From Thraustochytrium aureum (taxonomy: Eukaryota): a stretch of DNA of 34,661 nucleotides. Each line of letters begins with the position of its first letter. Position 1 is the first letter of the stretch. Shown piece by piece: positions 32,074 to 34,661 of the stretch. Both the position numbers and the translations under genes were made by a program. The stretch spans positions 1-34,661 of the forward strand of contig BLSG01000171.1 in the NCBI GenBank assembly GCA_012862495.1, read 5' to 3'. The notes beneath the pieces are model-generated. The model searched no databases, was not told the origin of the DNA, and worked only from the letters and a program-made list of their open reading frames with translations.

Positions 32074-34320
32074 CTAGATGACTTCGCCACCTGCGACAGA
32101 CGCCACCTTGCCCTCATCTCCCCGCGCACTTTGAGCCAGAGCCCGCGCTCGTCGTCCGAGGTACACCGTGCCAAAAGAGGTGAGGAGGAAGTACACTGTG
32201 GCGACGGCGTCGACAATGAGGGACAAGTCGAGCACCGCCTCGGGGATCACGTCGTTGAGCTCCTTGCTGCTGGTTGGGGCGCCGTTTTCGTCGACCATGC
32301 TCACCAGCTTGCGAGTGCCACCACATTCTGTGCGAACGCACCTGTCGATCGGGGTCGCCTTCGAGCCTTCAATGTTACACAGCTCGTACCCTGGCCGGAC
32401 AACCCCCGTCTCCGGGTCGCGCATGCGCGCATGATAGAGGACACTCAGATAAGTATGTGCGTCGTAGAGCAGCGAGCCAGGCGAACACTCGTTTATGGCA
32501 AAGTCATCCATTTGCAGCACGAGGTCGCCATCTGTGCTTCTGGACAGATGCTCAGCGCGAAACTCGAGCGGGATGGTGACGAGGTCGCTGTGCGAGACTA
32601 TCCTGGGCTCTGTCAACCCGACCGGCAATTTCCAAATGCCTGCAAACATCGCGCACCTGTATTCAATGGGCTCCGTGATAGCGATATAGATGACAATCGC
32701 CAACAGCGCGCAGGAAACCGCGGACAGCAAGCCCTGCACCACGAGCGAGTCAACGACGCGGGAAAAGACCGCCAACTTGGGGCGCATGCGGTGCCATCGC
32801 CCTCGGCTGCAACCGGACTGCGCCACGCTCGCGGCCATCCCGAGGAAAGCAAGTAGCGTCGCGCCGCCCCCAAAGGCAACAGAGACCGTCATCCACGTGA
32901 GCGCGCGGTCTGCGAGCGGCATGCATATCCCGAACGCCTGGCTTACCCCAGCGAGGCGGTCGGTCTCGATGAGATCCGCGACTTGGTCCCGGGGTAACAT
33001 TTGCAGGCCAACGGCCTCGCCCAAGGTGCCTAGCGCTTCCTTGGTCCAGTCAGAGTACTCGAAAGCCCCTGGCTCGCGCATGTCAAGCCACGATCGGTGG
33101 GAGCCGACTGGAAGCATGTACCACTGGACAATGCCCAAGCTCCCTGCTCCGATCAGCGGGCCTTGCGACAGGGCCGTGTTGGCGATCACCTCTGAGAAGG
33201 CGTCCACGCCCACCTTGAGCAACGCCGCGCTTACTTGGACTTTGGCGGACTGGAGGCCGTAGGCCGCTCCAACAGAGAGGAGCCCGCCGACGGCGAGTGT
33301 CACGCCGGCAAGGAACTTCTCTGCGAGGCCGAGCTCGCTGCTACCACGGACAACCAAACGCGCCAAAACAGCCACGTAGACGACGGCACACGTGGCGTAA
33401 ACGATGACGTACACGAACCAGAGGTCCAACACCGCCGCCTGGCTTTGCGCCTTTCGCACGCCGTCGAGCGATTGTGTTACGGCAGTCTTGGCAAACTCCT
33501 GCTTGAGGCGCTCGGCTTCTGCGAGGGCGACGGCGCGGCCGGCCTCCGAGACATTCATTGGCGGGCCCACGAGCTCAAAGGCGTCAAGCCAAGTCAAGGC
33601 GAGGGCGTCGGCGGTTGGGCCCGCGTTGTTCAGCCCGTTCTGCACCACGCGGACACCGAGGCGCATAAAGACAAACCCGGTTGGTGGCACAATCTCCCCT
33701 GTCACGGCGTTGAAGAGCGGGGAAAGGTCCACCTCCAGTTGGCGCCAGGCGGTCTCGTCGCAAGGGCGCAGCTCCTCCGCTGACCACCTCGCCATCACTT
33801 GCTCTGTCACTTGCTCCGTGGCTGACTTGATCCAGTTTGCGACAAGCTCGACGGCAAACTCCTCCTCTGGGTCGTAGACGCCGCCAGCTGCAAGCCGAAC
33901 GCGCGGCCGCGTGAATGAAAGCGATTGAAAGTAGGTGAGGGCCTCGCGGTCGGTTCCCGGGACCAGCACATACCCCGGCCCGTCGCTACCCTGGGCGAGG
34001 GTCTGGTTCCAAGTTGCGGGCAGCGCCCCGTTCGCAGCTTCCAAAAAGTATTCGCAGGCCAGCATGTCTTGTTCGCTGCAGTGCAACGTCGTGATTGCAT
34101 CGATGCCGCTCAGCGTCCAGAAGCCAAGGCCGAGGTCATCGTGGAACGCGCGAGAGGCCAGGTTGTCGGCTTCGCGAAACGAGCCGCCCGACCGCGGCTC
34201 GCTTGCCTGGTCCTCGAACAGAGGATAAGCGAGCGGCGGGTCGCCTGGCGCGCACGTGGCTTGGCACAGCGTGCTGTGCAATAGCGCGCCCAGAGCAGCG
34301 GCCGCGGCGAGAAAGGCCAT
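32074..34320 (-). CDS. Uncharacterised signal-peptide-bearing membrane protein, about 5 TM with large loops
   Basis: Signal-like MAFLAAAAALGALLHSTLCQA, ectodomain of about 280 aa, and hydrophobic segments LWFVYVIVYATCAVVYVAVL, FLAGVTLAVGGLLSVGAAYGL, LTWMTVSVAFGGGATLLAFLGM, LVVQGLLSAVSCALLAIVIYIAI and LSLIVDAVATVYFLLTSFGTVYL. Cys-rich loop before the last TM. Confidence 0.8.
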   Translation of the reverse strand: MAFLAAAAALGALLHSTLCQATCAPGDPPLAYPLFEDQASEPRSGGSFREADNLASRAFHDDLGLGFWTLSGIDAITTLHCSEQDMLACEYFLEAANGALPATWNQTLAQGSDGPGYVLVPGTDREALTYFQSLSFTRPRVRLAAGGVYDPEEEFAVELVANWIKSATEQVTEQVMARWSAEELRPCDETAWRQLEVDLSPLFNAVTGEIVPPTGFVFMRLGVRVVQNGLNNAGPTADALALTWLDAFELVGPPMNVSEAGRAVALAEAERLKQEFAKTAVTQSLDGVRKAQSQAAVLDLWFVYVIVYATCAVVYVAVLARLVVRGSSELGLAEKFLAGVTLAVGGLLSVGAAYGLQSAKVQVSAALLKVGVDAFSEVIANTALSQGPLIGAGSLGIVQWYMLPVGSHRSWLDMREPGAFEYSDWTKEALGTLGEAVGLQMLPRDQVADLIETDRLAGVSQAFGICMPLADRALTWMTVSVAFGGGATLLAFLGMAASVAQSGCSRGRWHRMRPKLAVFSRVVDSLVVQGLLSAVSCALLAIVIYIAITEPIEYRCAMFAGIWKLPVGLTEPRIVSHSDLVTIPLEFRAEHLSRSTDGDLVLQMDDFAINECSPGSLLYDAHTYLSVLYHARMRDPETGVVRPGYELCNIEGSKATPIDRCVRTECGGTRKLVSMVDENGAPTSSKELNDVIPEAVLDLSLIVDAVATVYFLLTSFGTVYLGRRARALAQSARGDEGKVASVAGGEVI

Positions 34321-34661
34321 CGCGTGGCAGCGCATTGGTTCAAAGCGCGAGCGTCAGCTTGCCTGTCAAGTGGCAGGATCGACTCGGGAGCCGTGGCGTT
34401 CGGGGTCTGCCTCCGCGCTGGCGACAGCAAGGAGGATCAGAATTCAGATCCGACTTGTGCAAACTTTCCAGCGGCTGGCACGCGCGCCGAGCGGTCTGTC
34501 TGTCGCTCAAGTACTCGACATGCTGTCAGACTCAATCAACAAATGTCGGTCAAGTGCCGAGTCGTGGTGCAATCACACACCAGCTGAAAATCGTACCAGT
34601 ACAGCCTCTGAAGAGTAAGGTGGTACTCCTCCCACTCTACTCACCACCTGCAATTCTTGGG

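Overview
GC-rich, gene-dense, intron-poor eukaryotic scaffold with many N gaps. It is not prokaryotic: it has a GT-AG intron in the ABC transporter, Peter Pan/Ssf1, TMEM145 and the axonemal gene DRC2/CCDC65. The source is a flagellated protist; a stramenopile or labyrinthulomycete origin is only my impression. Gene order: degraded ORF fragments (+), ABCC/MRP transporter (-), PAN/apple + Pro/Thr stalk + class-C-like 7TM receptor with a WW-like tail (+), TMEM145/GPR180 (-), hAT-family transposase (-), RecQ/WRN-like helicase (-), PPAN (+), orphan multipass membrane protein (+), PAM2-polyQ-DEDDh exonuclease (+), repeat-bearing coiled-coil protein (-), YccV/HspQ-domain protein (-), DRC2 (+), orphan 5-TM protein (-). 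Five otherwise intact genes are broken by single-base frameshifts at or next to homopolymers, and PPAN has a sixth frame change that an intron can explain. Sequencing error is the most likely cause, but three cases restore the same TTT-TTC (Phe-Phe), so reads and transcripts should be checked. The most interesting candidates are the PAM2-bearing DEDDh nuclease and the PAN/class-C GPCR/WW architecture. I found no rRNA, tRNA, CRISPR array or convincing multi-gene novel system. All family calls come from motif recognition by eye; no searches were run.
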